From positions 167,402,001 through 167,466,000 of the forward strand of contig NC_086097.1 of the NCBI RefSeq assembly GCF_963921235.1: 64,000 nt of DNA, written 5' to 3'. A program made the translations under genes and the position numbers. The first letter of the stretch is position 1. Each line of letters begins with the position of its first letter. Origin of the DNA: Mobula hypostoma (Eukaryota). Shown in pieces: positions 10,585-23,620 of the stretch. The notes beneath the pieces are model-generated. The model was not told the origin of the DNA. It did not search any database and saw nothing but the letters and a program-made list of their open reading frames with translations.

Positions 10585-13372
10585 TACCATAAGACATGGG
10601 AGCAAAATTAGGCCATCTGGCCCATCGAGTCTACTCCGCCATTCAATCATGGCTGATCTTTTTTTTAATCTCCTCCTCAACCCCAGTTCCCAGCTCTCTC
10701 CCCATAACCTTTGATGCCGTGTCCAGTCAAGAACCTGTCGATCTCTGCCTTAAATACACCCAAAGACCTGGCCTCCACAGCTGCATGCAGCAACAAATCC
10801 ACAAGTTCACCACCCTTTGGCTAAAGAAATTTCTCTGCATCTCTGTTTTGAAAGGGCGCCCCTCTATCCTGAGGCTTGTCCTAGACTCTCCCACCATGGG
10901 AAATATCCCTTCCACATTTACTCTGTCTAAGCCTTTCAGCATTCAAAATGTTTCAATGAAATCCCCCCTCGTCCTTCTGAATTCAAGGGAGTCCAGACCC
11001 AGAGCCATCAAACATTCCTCATATGATAACTCTTTCATTCCTGGAATCATCCTTGTGAACCTCCTCTGGACCCTCTCCAATGCCAGCACACCTCTTCTAA
11101 GATGAGGAGCCCAAAACTGTTCACAATACTCAAGGTGAGGCCTCACCAGTTCCTTATAAAGCCTCAGCATCACATCCCTGCTCTTATATTCTAGACCTCT
11201 TGAAATGAATGCTAACATGGCACTTGCCTTCCTCACCACCAACTAAACCTGCAAGTTAACCTTCAGGGTGTTCCGCACAAGGATTCCCAAGTCCCTCTGC
11301 ATCTCAGATTCCTGGATTTTCTCCCTGTTTAGAAAATAGTCCGCACTTTTATTTCTACCACCAAAGTGCATGACCATGCATTTTCCAACATAGTATTTCT
11401 ATTGACACTTCCTTGCTCATTCTCCTAGTCTGTCTAAATCCTTCTACATCCTACCTGTTTCCTCAGCATGACCTGCCCCTCCACCGATCTTCGTATCATC
11501 TGCAAACTTGGCAACAAAGCCATCTATTCCATCATCTAAATCATTTATATATAGCATAAAAAAGTGGTCCTAATACTGACCCCTAAGGAGCACCACTAGT
11601 CACTGGCAGCCAACCCGTAAAGGATCCTCTAATTCCCACTCACTGCCTCCTACTAATCAGCCAATGCTCTAACCATGCTCTCAACTTTCCTGTAATACCA
11701 TGGGCTCTTAACTTGATAAGCAGCTTCACGTGTGGCACCTTGTCAAAGGACTTCTGAATGTCCATATATACAACATCCACTGCATCCCCTTTATCTATGC
11801 TACTTGTAGTCTCCTCAAAGAATTCCAACAGGTTCATCAGGCAGGGTTTTCCCTGAAGGGAACCATGCTGACTTTGTACTATCTTGTCCTGTGTCACCAA
11901 GTACTCCATCACCTCATCCTTAACAATTGACTCCAACATCTTCCCAGCCACTGAGGTCAGGTAACTGGTCTATAATTTCCTTTTTCCTGCCTTCCTCCTT
12001 TCTTAAAGAGTGGAGTAACATTTGCAATTTTCCAGTCCTCACACCATGCCAGAGTCCAGTGATTTTTGAAAGATCATCTCTAATGCTACCTCTTTCAGAA
12101 CCCTAGGGTGCAGTTCCTCTGGTCAGGGTGACTTATGTACCTTTAGGTCTTTCAGCTTTTTGAGCACATAACAGCACCCACTTCTGTTCCTCTCACACTC
12201 CTGAGATCCATTACCAACCTGATTTTCACAATCAACTTGCATGTTAAATCTCTCATGACCTGTATAACATTGCCCTTTTGAATCGCCTTTTCTATTTCCT
12301 GTTGTAATCTGTGGTCCACCTCCCAGCCACTGTCGGGAGGCCTGTATATAATTGCCATCAACATCCTTTTACCCTTGCAGTTTTTTAATTCAACCTACAA
12401 GGATTCAACATCTTGCAGTCCTATGTCACGTCTTTCTACTGATTTGATGCCATTCTTTACCACACCACCCCCTCTGCCTACCTTCCTATCCCTCCTATAT
12501 AACGTGTAACCTTAGACATTCAGCTCCCAATTACAACCATCCTTCAGCCATGATTCAGTGATGGTCACAGCATAATACCTGGCAATCTGTAATATTGCAA
12601 CAAAATCATCCACCTTATTTCTTATACCACACGCATTTAGATACAACACCTTGAGTACCGTATTTGCTGTCCTTTCTGACTCTGCATCCTAATGATTTGA
12701 TACTCAGCCTGTTGGCTGCAACTGAATCCGATCACCTGCCTGCCTTTCCTGGCAACCTGACTGCACGCTACCTTTACTTTTTTCCCATCCGTCCTTTCCT
12801 GAGTCCCTTCACTCCAGTTCCCACCCCCTTGCCGTTAGTTTAAACCCTCCCCAACAGCTGTAACAAACTTGCCCGCGAGAATATTGGTTCCCCTTGGTTT
12901 CAAGTGCAGCCCATCACTACCTCCCCCAGAAGAGATCCCAATTATCCAAGAACCTGAAGCCCTGCCCCAGCACCAGCTTCTCAGCCACGCATTTATCTGC
13001 CAAATCATCCTGTTTCTACCCTCACTGGTGCGTGGCACAGGCAGCAATCCAGAAATTACTACCCGGGCAGTCCTGCTTCTCAGCTTTCTGTCTAACTCTC
13101 TAAATTCTCTTTTCAGGACCTCATTGCTTTTCCTTCCTATGTCATTGGTACCAATATGTACCAAGACATCTGGCTGCTCCCCCTCCCTCTCCAAGATGTT
13201 GTGGACATGATCTGAGACATCCCTGACACTGGCACATGGGAGGTAACATACCACCTGGGTGTCCTGTTCACATCCACAGAATCTCCTGTCTGTTCCCCTC
13301 ACTATCGAATCCTCTATCACTACCAGTCCCTTCTTCTGTCTTTTTCCCTTCTGCACCACGGACCCATGCTCT
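10585..13372 (-). mobile_element. CR1 LINE with SGNH-esterase ORF1, endonuclease start, RT and 3' UTR; internally deleted
   Basis: ORF 12835-13431 has VVIEDSIVRG..LVHIGTNDIG..VVISGLLP..INAWLRSWC..DGLHL (GDS/GxND/DxxH blocks); IYRPPDS (EN); QHGSLQG..NLLEFFEE..FDKVPH; LYKELVRPHLEYCEQFWAP; ccataaga tail. Confidence 0.93.
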
Positions 13373-14541
13373 GTTAACAGGCATATGGGCAAACTTAGAG
13401 AGACATTATCAGTGGCATGCATAAAAATCACTTAACTGCTGTTAATCTGAAATTCTGTTGACATGCAGTGTACAACATTACAGCAGATAAATTGTATTTC
13501 AGTGATTAATAACAATTTCCTTATCAGTAAAACACTAAGCATTTGCAGCCAGCTAATTCATAATAAATCAATGCAACAAATGAACAAATAATCATATCTT
13601 CTTTGAAACATTGCTCGGATTCTAGTTTTAAGTTGGAACTGCATTGTCAATGTCTTCAAATTGCTGGAACCCAATTGACTATTTGTCTGACTGTTACAAA
13701 ACTGAAACATTGCTAACAAGTGAAGCATTCATGTTAAAAAAACAACTCTCAACCTAAAAAGTCTTCGTTCAAATTAATGTAGAATATAGACTTCCTCACT
13801 ATTTCGGTCCACTTACAACATTAGATGGAGGAGCAACACTGCGATTGGAATTTCCCCACTGACAAGATTCCATGAGGTTCTAGGTACTGGGTACAAATTA
13901 CATCTTCTAAATTACAATAGATGTTTAACAGCACCATAAATATTGATCAGATTAAATATTTTGTTCCCCTCAAAATTTCAGTGTGTTCCACTGGAATGAT
14001 GGTTAGCACTCAGATCTGGTCTTAATTTATATCAGTGGTGATAGATGACTTACTACTGTATCAGTGACATTTATTGGCAACTACAGAATTTCAGAAAGGA
14101 AGGTGGAAGAACAAGTAAAAAGGAACAACTGTGACATAACCAAGAAAGATTTATCCAACTAAAGCTTCAATTACAATTGGCTTTTTTTGAGTGTGTCAAG
14201 ACATTCAGTTAGTGGACAAGTTTTGAGAGTAAAATCTGAGGACAGTTTAGGGAGGGGCATGTTAATACAGGACCGTCAGCATAAATGGAGATCATGTTGC
14301 CCTAACCTAATTGGAGATTTTGAAAAGGTAACAAAGGATCTCTGTAAGTGTAGCTTATTTGACATCATCTACATAGAAAGTGGTAATGTTCGACCCATGG
14401 CAGATTGAATAAGAAAGTAAAACCCTCTGGAGTTCAAGAGAAATTCAATAATTGGATCCAAACTTCAAGAAAAAGATGGATTTTTGTCTATTACAGGAAT
14501 CAAGGGATGTGTATTTGTTTCAGGAAAAGGACACTGCAGGA

Positions 14542-14902
14542 AACATAGAAACATTGAAACATAGAAAACCTACAGCACACTACAGGCCCTTCAGCCCTCA
14601 AAGTTGTGCCGAACATGTCCTTACCTGAGAAATTACCTAGGGTTACTCATCACCCACTACTTTTCTGAGCTCCATGTACCTATCCAGGAGTCTCTTAAAA
14701 GACCCTATCATATCCGCCTCCACCACCTCTGCCGGCAGCCCATTCCACGCACTCTCCACTCTCTGGGTAATAAACTTACCCCTGTCATCTCCTCTGTACC
14801 TACTTCCAAGCACCTTAAAACTGTGCCCTCTCGTGCCAGCCATTTTAGCCCTGGGAAAAATCCTCCATCCACACGATTAATGCCTCTCATCATCTTATAC
14901 AC
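14542..14902 (-). mobile_element. CR1 3' fragment, well conserved, with (CATAGAAA)n tail
   Basis: MAGTRGHSFKVLGSRYRGD..KFITQRVESAWNGLP; closely similar to the 3' end of the CR1 at 20730-21090. Confidence 0.9.
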
Positions 14903-16382
14903 AGGAGCAGGTCAGTCATGATGTTATTGAGTGATGAAGATGACAAGAGAGGTTGAATGGTCCATTCCTGCTTTTATGTCTTATGTTTTCCAGGCTGGTA
15001 TTGCAGGATGTAAAGGTTAAGAGTTAATGGTTTTGATTGTAACAGCAGGGTTCCATTTTGTCCATTGCTGTATCCCTTGCTTTTGATGGTATACATCAAT
15101 TACTTGGGCTTAATTGTGAAGGGCATGATTAAGAAATTTGCTGATGATACAACAAAAATTCAGTTCAATAGTGAGGAACCAATAGACAGTATGAAAATAT
15201 CAAGGGACCAATTATGAGATGGTGAAAAATGAGAAATTAAATTCTAGAAATGTAAAGGAATCCACAGTGCAATGGAAAACAGAGCAATGCACAATAGCTA
15301 GTTGGATGCCAGACAATGCAGAAGAACAGAGGGACCTGTCCTTGTCCACAGATCCCTGAAGGTAGCGGAGTGAGAAATCAGGGGATTATTTGGTCTCTAC
15401 CTATGCTTTTAATATCAGCAGCACTATGATTCTTTGACTTAAAGTTTATCCTTATTCTGAAATAAGCTCTTGGTCCTCTACACCTTTGAATACCTTCCTA
15501 TGTTGTCCAGCTTGTTGAAACTCAGATTAACACCAGTATTGCATTCTTGCTTAACTTTGCACAAATGATGCTGTTCTTGCCCCTAAAATGTCCAGCACAC
15601 AGCAAACAGAACAAGATAGGGCTTTTGTCAATTCATCCAAGTTAATTGCAGGTGTCAATAGACAAGTATGATTTCAGCTCACTGATTCTAACCATTTAAT
15701 GGAATCCCTCAAGGAATGAAGAATTTGCTATCTTAATCTGAGTCCTGTTTGGCTCTCATAATTAAAGGCCATGCTCACAACTAAAATATATAGAGATTTT
15801 ATGAAAATGACCCAAGGTCAATATGCCAGCATAATATGCTGAGCTCTTACAAGAGCATCTTTAAGCAACTTGACATAAAATTGTTCATTTTAATTTATCA
15901 CACAGTCTACTAGTGTAGGTTGTCCGAGTGCTGAGAGAGTGAGTAACCTGCAGCAACGTTAAAAAAATGAGAAAATCCCTATCTGAGATGTTATGGTCGG
16001 TGGTCATGGGACATCTTCATGAGGACATGAATAACGAATTTCCACCATTTTATGTTGGAAGCCCAACAATGGACCTTTCTGAGATGTCTGTGCTGCCATT
16101 TGGGGTTATATCCCTTCAGAAATATTCTTTAAGTCATAACATGGGACTAAGTCTATAAACATTACTAAGCAAGAGGTATGAGTGGTTTCAAGGTGCTTAA
16201 AGGTGGATAAATTTCCAGGACATGACCAAGGTCCCATGACATTGTGAGAAAGAAATTTGATATGGCTAGGGACCTGGCAGAGATTTGTGTCTTTGTCAGC
16301 CCCTGGTGAGTAATGAATGTCTAGAGGGTGAGTAATGCTGTGTCTTTATTTGAAAAGGGCTGTAAGTACAAGCTATGGAACT

Positions 16383-18275
16383 ACATAAGACCATAAAATG
16401 TTGGAGCAGAATTAGGCCATTCAGCCCATCAAGATTGCTCCGCCATCCTATCATGGCTGATCCCGGATTCCACTCAACCCCATACACCTGCCCTCCTGCC
16501 GTATCCTTTGATGCCCTGACCAATCAGGAAACAATCAACTTCCGTTTTAAATATACCCATAAACTTGGCCTCCACCACAGTCTGTGGCAGAATTTCAACA
16601 CCGTCCCAACCACTGAAGTCAGGTTAACTGCCCAAACATATCCTTTCTCTTTGTTTTTCTCCCTTCTTAAAGAAGGAAGGGACATTCGCAATTTTCCAGT
16701 CCTCCAAGACCACGTCAGAATCAAGGGTTTCTTGAAAGGTCATGACCAATAGATCCATTAACTCTTCAGCTTCCTCTCTCAGGACTTTGGGATGTAGTCC
16801 ACCTGGTCCCAGTGACTACCCACCTTACGACCTAGTACTTTTTCCTTTGAAATGGTAATGGCAATCACTCCTGCTTCCTGACACTCACAGACCTCTGGCA
16901 CACTGCTAGTGTTTTCAACAGTGAAGACAGATGCAAAGTACTCATTAAGTTCATCTGCCATTTCTTTGTTCCCCATTACTACCTCACCAGCATCATTTCC
17001 AATGGCCCAATATCAATTCTCACCTCCCTTTTACTCTTCATATATTGTAACTGAAAAAAACTTCTGGTATCCTGCATTAAATTATTGCCTAGTTTGCCCT
17101 TATATTTCATCTTTTCCCTTCTCTTGGCTTTTATAGTTGCCTTTTGTTAGATTTTAAAAGTTTCCCAATTATCCAACTTCCCATTCACTTTTGCTACCTT
17201 ATCTGTCCTCTCCGTGGATTCTATGCACTCCTTAATTTCCCTTGTCAGCCACACTGTCTACCCCTGCCATTTCAGAACTTCTTTTGTGGGACATACAGTG
17301 CCTCTAAAAAGTATTCACCATCCCTTTGAAATTTTCATGTTTTATTGTTTTAAAACATAGAATCATAGAGTGTTTAATCTGGCTTTTTTGACACTGATCA
17401 ACAGAAAAAGACCTTTTTGTGGCAAAGCGAAAACAGATCCCTACAAAGTGATCTGAATTAATTACAAATATAAAACACAAAATCACTGATGCTTAAGTGT
17501 TCACCCCCTTTAATATGAACACCAAATCATCACTGGTGCAGCCAATTGGTTTTAAAGGTCACATAATTAGTTAAATAGAGACTATGGTCTGATGAAACCA
17601 AATTTAAGCCTTTTGACTATCAGACTAAACGTTATGTTTGGCATAAGCTGAACACCACACACCAAAAACCTACCATGAAGCATGGCGGTGCCTGCACTGC
17701 AACAGGCCCTGGAAGGCGTGTGAAGGTGCGGGGTAAAATGAATGCAGCAAAATACAGGGAAATCCTGGAAGAAAACCTGATGCAGTCAGGTTAACTGTGA
17801 CTTGGGATGAGATTTGTTTTCCAGCAAGACAATGACTCCAGCAAGACTCCAGCAGAAAGCTAAAGCAACACAGGAATGGCTTAAAAACAGCAAAGTTAAT
17901 GTCCTGGCGTGGTGAAGTCAGAGTCTAGACCTCAATCCAATTGAGAATTTGTGGCTGAAATGAAAAAAGGGCTGTTCACTCATATGTGTCAAAAAAGCCA
18001 AATTAAATCCACTGTGATTCAATGTTGTAAAACAATAAAGCATGCAAACTTCCAAGGCGGGTGAATACTTCTTATAGGCATGGTGTCCATCCTGCACCTT
18101 GTGAACTATTCCCAGAAACTTCAGCCCCTTCCGCTCTGCTGTCATCCTCCTCCAATCCACCTGGGCAAGCTCCTCTCTCATGCCTCTGTAATTCCCTTTA
18201 TTCAATTGCAATACAGATATATGTGACTTATGCTTCTCCCTCTCAAATTGCAGTATGAATTCAATCATATTTTGA
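16383..18275 (-). mobile_element. CR1 LINE, internally deleted, host of a Tc1 insertion
   Basis: DQNMIEF..GNYRGMREELAQVDW; MGNKEMADELNEYFASVFTVE; jumps from LTSVVG almost directly to the 3' UTR at ~16590; cataagaccataa tail. Confidence 0.85.
17296..18083 (+). mobile_element. Tc1/mariner (DD34E) internally deleted DNA transposon
   Basis: Left TIR CAGTGCCTCTAAAAAGTATTCACC after TA; right GGTGAATACTTCTTATAGGCATGG; ~100-bp imperfect inverted termini; transposase remnants WSDETK (17585), TMKHGG, FQQDND (17819), DLNPIENLW (~17928). Confidence 0.9.
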
Positions 18276-21090
18276 TCCTGGAAAGGTGTAATAATAACAG
18301 AGTTGTTGTGATGGGAGATTTTAATTTCCCAAATATCGATTGGCATCTCCCTAGAGCGATGGGTTTAGATGGGGTGGAGTTTGTTAGGTGTGTTCAGGAA
18401 GGTTTCTTGACACAATATGTAGATTAGCCTACAAGAGGATAGAGTGTATTTGATTTGGTATTGGGAAATGAACCTGGTCAAGTGTCAGATCTCACAGTGG
18501 GAGAGCATTTTGGAGATAGTGATCATAATTCTATCTCCTTTACAATATCATTGAAGAGAAATAGGAACAGACAAGATAGAAAAGCATTTAATTGGAGTAA
18601 GGAGAATTATGAAGCTATCAGGCAGGAAATTGGATGCTTAAAGTGGGAACAGATGTTCTCAGGGAAAAATATGGAAGAAATGTGGCAAATGTTCAGGGGA
18701 TATTTGTGTGGAGTTCTGCATAGGTATGTTCCAATGAGACAGGGAAGTTATGGTAGGGTACAGGAACCATGGTGTACAAGGGCTGTAATAAATCTAGTCA
18801 AGAAGAAAAGAAAAGCTTACAAAAGGTTCAGAGAGTTAGGTAATGTTAGGGATCTAGAAGATTATAAGGCTAACAGGAAGAAGCTTAAAAACGAAATTAG
18901 GAGACCCAGAAGGGGCCATGAGAAGGCCTTAGCAGGCAGGATTAAGGAAAACCCCAAGGCATTCTACAAGTATGTGAAGAGCAAGAGGATAAGACGTGAA
19001 AGAATAGGACCTGTCAAGTGTGACAGTGAGAAAGTGTGTATGGAACTGGAGGAAATAGCAGGGGTACTTAATGAATACTTTACTTCAGTATTCACTAGGG
19101 AACAGGATCTTGGTGATTATAGTGATGACTTGCAGCAGACTGAAAAGCTTGAGCATGTAGATATTAAGAAAGAGGATGTGCTGGAGCTTTTGGAAAGTAT
19201 CAAGTTGGATAAGTCACCAGGACCAGATGAGATGTACCCCAAGCTACTGTGGAAGGTGAGGGAGGAGATTGCTGAGCCTCTGGAGATGGTCCTTGAAAGA
19301 TCAATGGGGACGGAAGAGGTTTCTGAGGATTGGAGGGTTGCGAATGTTGTTCCTTTAGATTATGAGAAAACTCAGTCCTCTTTTATTGTCATTTAGAAAT
19401 GCATACATGCATTAAGAAATTATACAATGTTCCTCCGGAGTGATATCACAGAAAACAGGACAGACCAAAGACTAACACTGACAGTACCACATAATTATAA
19501 CATATAGTTACAGCAGTGCAAAGCAATACCATAATTTGATGAAGAACAGACCATGGGCACAGTAAAAAAAAGTCTCAAAGTCCCGAGTCGATCGACTCCC
19601 AAGTCCCCGACAGCAGGTGGTAAAAGGGAGAAACTCCCTGCCATAAACCTCCAGGCACCGTCAAGTTGCCGATGCCTTGGAAGCAGCCGACCACAGCCAA
19701 CACTGAGTCCATCCGTCCGAAAAATTCGAGCTTCCGACCAGCCTCTCCGATACAGCCTCCCGAGCGCCATCCTCTGCCGAGCACCTTCAACCTCTCCCCA
19801 GCCGCTGAAACATGCAAAACTGAGGATTCGGGGCCTTCAGCTCTGGAGATTCCAGTTACCACACAGTAGCAGCGGCAGCGAAGCGGGCATTTCAGAAATT
19901 TTCCAGATGATCAAACCAGAACTGTGCACGGTCCCCTACTTTTGATAAGTTACCCCATGCCAGGCTTATTGAGAAAGTAAGGAGGCATGGGATCCAAGGG
20001 GAAATTGCTTTGTGGATCCAGAACTGGCTTGCCCACAGAAGGCAAAGAGTTGTTGTAGACGGGTCATTTTCTGCATAGAGATTAATGACCAGTGATGTGC
20101 CTCAGGGATCTGTTCTGGGACCCTTACTCTTTGTGATTTTTATAAATGACCTGGATAAGGAAGTGGAGGGATGGGTTAGTAAGTTTGCTGATGACACAAA
20201 GGTTGGGGGTGTTGTGGATAGGGTGGAGGGCTGTCAGAGGTTATAGCGGGACATTGATAGGATGCAAAACTGGGCTGAGAAGTGGCAGATGGAGTTCAAC
20301 CCAGATAACTGTGAACTGGTTCATTTTGGTAGGTCAAATATGATGGCAGAATAATGGTAAGACTCTTGGCAGTGTGGAGGATCAGAGGGATCTTGGGGTC
20401 CGAGTCCATAGGACGCTCAAAGAAACTGCGCAGGTTGATGCTGTGGTTAAGAAGGCATACGGTGTATTGGCCTTCATTAATCATGGAATTGAGTTTAGGA
20501 GCCGAGAGGTAATGTTGCAGCTATATAGGACCCTGGTCAGACCCCACTTGGAGTACTGTGTTCAGTTCTGGTCAGCTCACTACAGGAAGGATGTGGAAGC
20601 CATAGAAAGGGTGCAGAGATTTACAAGGATGTTGTCTAGATTGAGGAGCATGCCTTATGAAAACGGGTTGAGTGAACTCGGCCTTTTGTCCTTGGAGTGA
20701 CGGAGGATGAGAGGTGACCTGATAGAGGTGTATAAGATGATGAGAGGCATTGATCGTGTGGATAGTCAGAGGCTTTTTCCCAGGGCTGAAATGGTTGCCA
20801 CAAGAGGACACAGGTTTAAGGTGCTGGTGAGTAGGTACAGAGGTGATGTCAGGGGTAAGTTTTTTACTCAGAGAGTAGTGAGTGCGTGGAATGGGCTGCC
20901 GGCAACGGTGGTGGAGGCAGATACGATAGGGTCTTTTAAGAGACTTTTGGATAAGTACATAGAGCTTAGAAAAATAGAGGGCTATGGGGAAGTCTAGTAA
21001 TTTCTAAGGTAGGGACATGTTCAGCACAACTTTGTGGGCCAAAGGGCCTGTATTATGCTGTAGGTTTTCTATGTTTCTATGTTTTCTATG
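18273..21090 (+). mobile_element. CR1 LINE, relatively young, 5'-truncated in the endonuclease
   Basis: VVVMGDFNFPNIDW, VGEHFGDSDHNSI, 313-aa open ORF to [52 protein letters not shown], tail tttctatgtttctatg. Confidence 0.95.
19355..19910 (-). mobile_element. CpG-rich non-coding retroposon with a Rex-type 3' end, inserted in CR1
   Basis: Interrupts CR1 RT; minus-strand 3' end AAATGACAATAAA...ATAATCTAAA like the Rex tails in this window; no credible ORF. Confidence 0.7.
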
Positions 21091-21790
21091 ATCGCTGCCT
21101 CCTAAGGGTTCATTTACAGTAAGCTCCCTAATAAGATCTGGGTTTTTACACAACACCCAATCTCAGAAAGCCTTTCCCTGAGTGTTAATGATTTGGAAGA
21201 GAAGATAGGTGCCATAATTAAAAGATTTACAGAATTTACAGGTGTTTGTTCCTCAAAATTGGTGGGTTTTGTCCACTGATGAAGCTTGTCTAAGGTTATT
21301 ACAAGATCTAGATCAACTGGAGAAGTTTGAAAAGAAATGGTTGAGGGAATTTAACTCAGACAAGAGCAAAGGATTGTATTTTGGGAAGTTAAACAAGGCC
21401 AGGATATAAACTGAGTAGCAGGACCCTTACTGCCGATAATTACACTTGAGTATAATTGTATAGCTGGACCTTGGAGTAATAGTGCATAGCTCCCTGAAAC
21501 TCGAATACAGCTAGTAGTATAGTAAAGAAGGCATTTGATATGCTTACCTTCCTCAACAAAAGCATTGTATATAAGAGTTGGGTGGCACCTTGCAGCTGTA
21601 TAGGTTGTAGGCTGGGCCACAGTGAGAGAATGGCGTGCAGTTCTAGTCTCTAGGCTCTATGAAAGAGATGATGATTAAGCTTGAGAGAGTACAGAGAAGA
21701 TTCACAAGGATTTTTCTTGGACTGGAGGGCTTGAGTCATAAGGAGAGATTGGATTGGCTGAACTGTTTATCCTGGAATGAAGGAGGTGTA

Positions 21791-23620
21791 GACCATAAGA
21801 CCATAAGACAAAGGAGTAGAGATAAGCCATTAAGCCCATTGAGATTTCCCCATTGCTCCATCATGGGTGATTTATTATCCTTGCTGCTTTCTCCCTGTAC
21901 TTTTTGACATGATGACTAATCAAGCACTTACCAATCTCCACTTTAAACGTGCCCAATAACTTGGCCTCCAAGCGATCTGGAGGAATGAATTGTTGAACAG
22001 AATCACAACCCTCTGGCTAAAGAAATTCCTTCTCATTTCTGTTCTAAATGGACATCCCTCTGTTCTGAGTCTTGCCATCCAGTACTAGACTCCCACAGTC
22101 TAGGAAACATTCACTCAATCTAGGCCTTTCAATATTGGATAAGTTTCAATGAGATCCATGCTCATTCTTCTAAACTCCAGCGCGTACAGGCCCCAAGCCA
22201 TCAAATGCTTCTCATGCATAAACCCTTTCATTCACAAAATCATTCTCATGAACCTCCTCTGGACCCTCTCTAAAGCCAATGCATCTTTTCTTAGATAAGG
22301 GGCCCAAAACTGTTTTAAGATACTCCCCGCGCAGTCTGAACAATGCCTCCGCATTACATCCACGCTTTTATATTCTGGTTTTCTTGAAATGAATACAAAC
22401 ATTGCTTTGTTTTCCCCACCACTGACACAACCTGCAAGTTAACCTTTAGGGTATCCTGCATGAGGACTCGCAAGTCCCTTTGGACATCTGATTTTTGAAT
22501 TTTCTCCCCATTTCAAAACTAGTATATGGCTTTATTCCTTTTACCAAAGTGCATGACCATACACATCCCTACATTATGTTCCATCTACTACTACTGTGTA
22601 CATTTTCCGTATCTGTCCAAGTCCTTCTACAAACTCCCTGCTTCCTCAACACTACATGCATCTCCACCTATTTTTTGTATCATCTGCAAACTTGCCCACA
22701 AAGCCATCAGTTTTATCATCCAATTCATTGACATATAACATGTAAAGTGATCCTAATACTGACTCTGCAGAACACCACTAGTTACTGGCAGCCAACCAGA
22801 ACAGGTCCTCTTTATTCCCAGTTTTTGCCTCCATCAATGCTAGTATCTTTCCAGTATTACCATGAATTTTTATCATGTTAAGCAGCCTTATGTGCAGCAC
22901 TTGTTAAAAGCCTTCTGAAAATCCAGGTAAACAACATCTATAGACTCTCCTTTGTCTATCCTGTTCATTATTTCCTCAACCAATTCCAAAAACTTGTCAG
23001 GCAAGATTTCCCTGTAAGGAAACCATGCTGACTTTGGTCTATTTTACCATGTGCCTCCAAGTACCCCAAAACCTCATCCTTAATAATGGACTCCAACATC
23101 TTCCCTACGACTGAAGTCAGTCTAACTATCCTACAATTTCCTTTCTTCTTCCTCCCTCCCTTCTTAAAGAGTGTAGTGATATTTGTCATTTTCAAGTCCA
23201 CCGGTACCATTCCAGAATCTATTGATTCTTGAAAGATCATTGCTAATGCCTCTACCATCTCTTCAGGTACCTCTTTCATAACTCTCGGGTGTATTTCATC
23301 TGGCCCACGTAATTTCCTGTTGGTAATAGCAACAACACTCTCTTTTGCCCCCGACACTCTTGAAATTCTGGCATACTGCGGGTGTCTTCCATAGTGAAGC
23401 CTGACACAAAATACATCTGTCCGTTATTTCTTTATCTCCCATTACTACCTCTCTAGCATCATTTTCCAGTGGTCGGATATCCACTCTCACCTCTCTTTTA
23501 CTCTTCATATGTCTGAAAAGACTTTTGATATCCTCTTTTCTATTATTGGGCAGTTTACCTTCATATTTCATCTTTTCTCTCCTTATGGTATTTTTATTTG
23601 CCTTCTGTTGGTTTTTTTAA
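21791..23620 (-). mobile_element. CR1 LINE, decayed ORF2 3' half
   Basis: GPDEIHPRVMKE..LFKKGGRKKKGN..LTSVVGKMLESIIKD..QHGFLTGKSCLT; gaccataagaccataaga tail. Confidence 0.9.
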
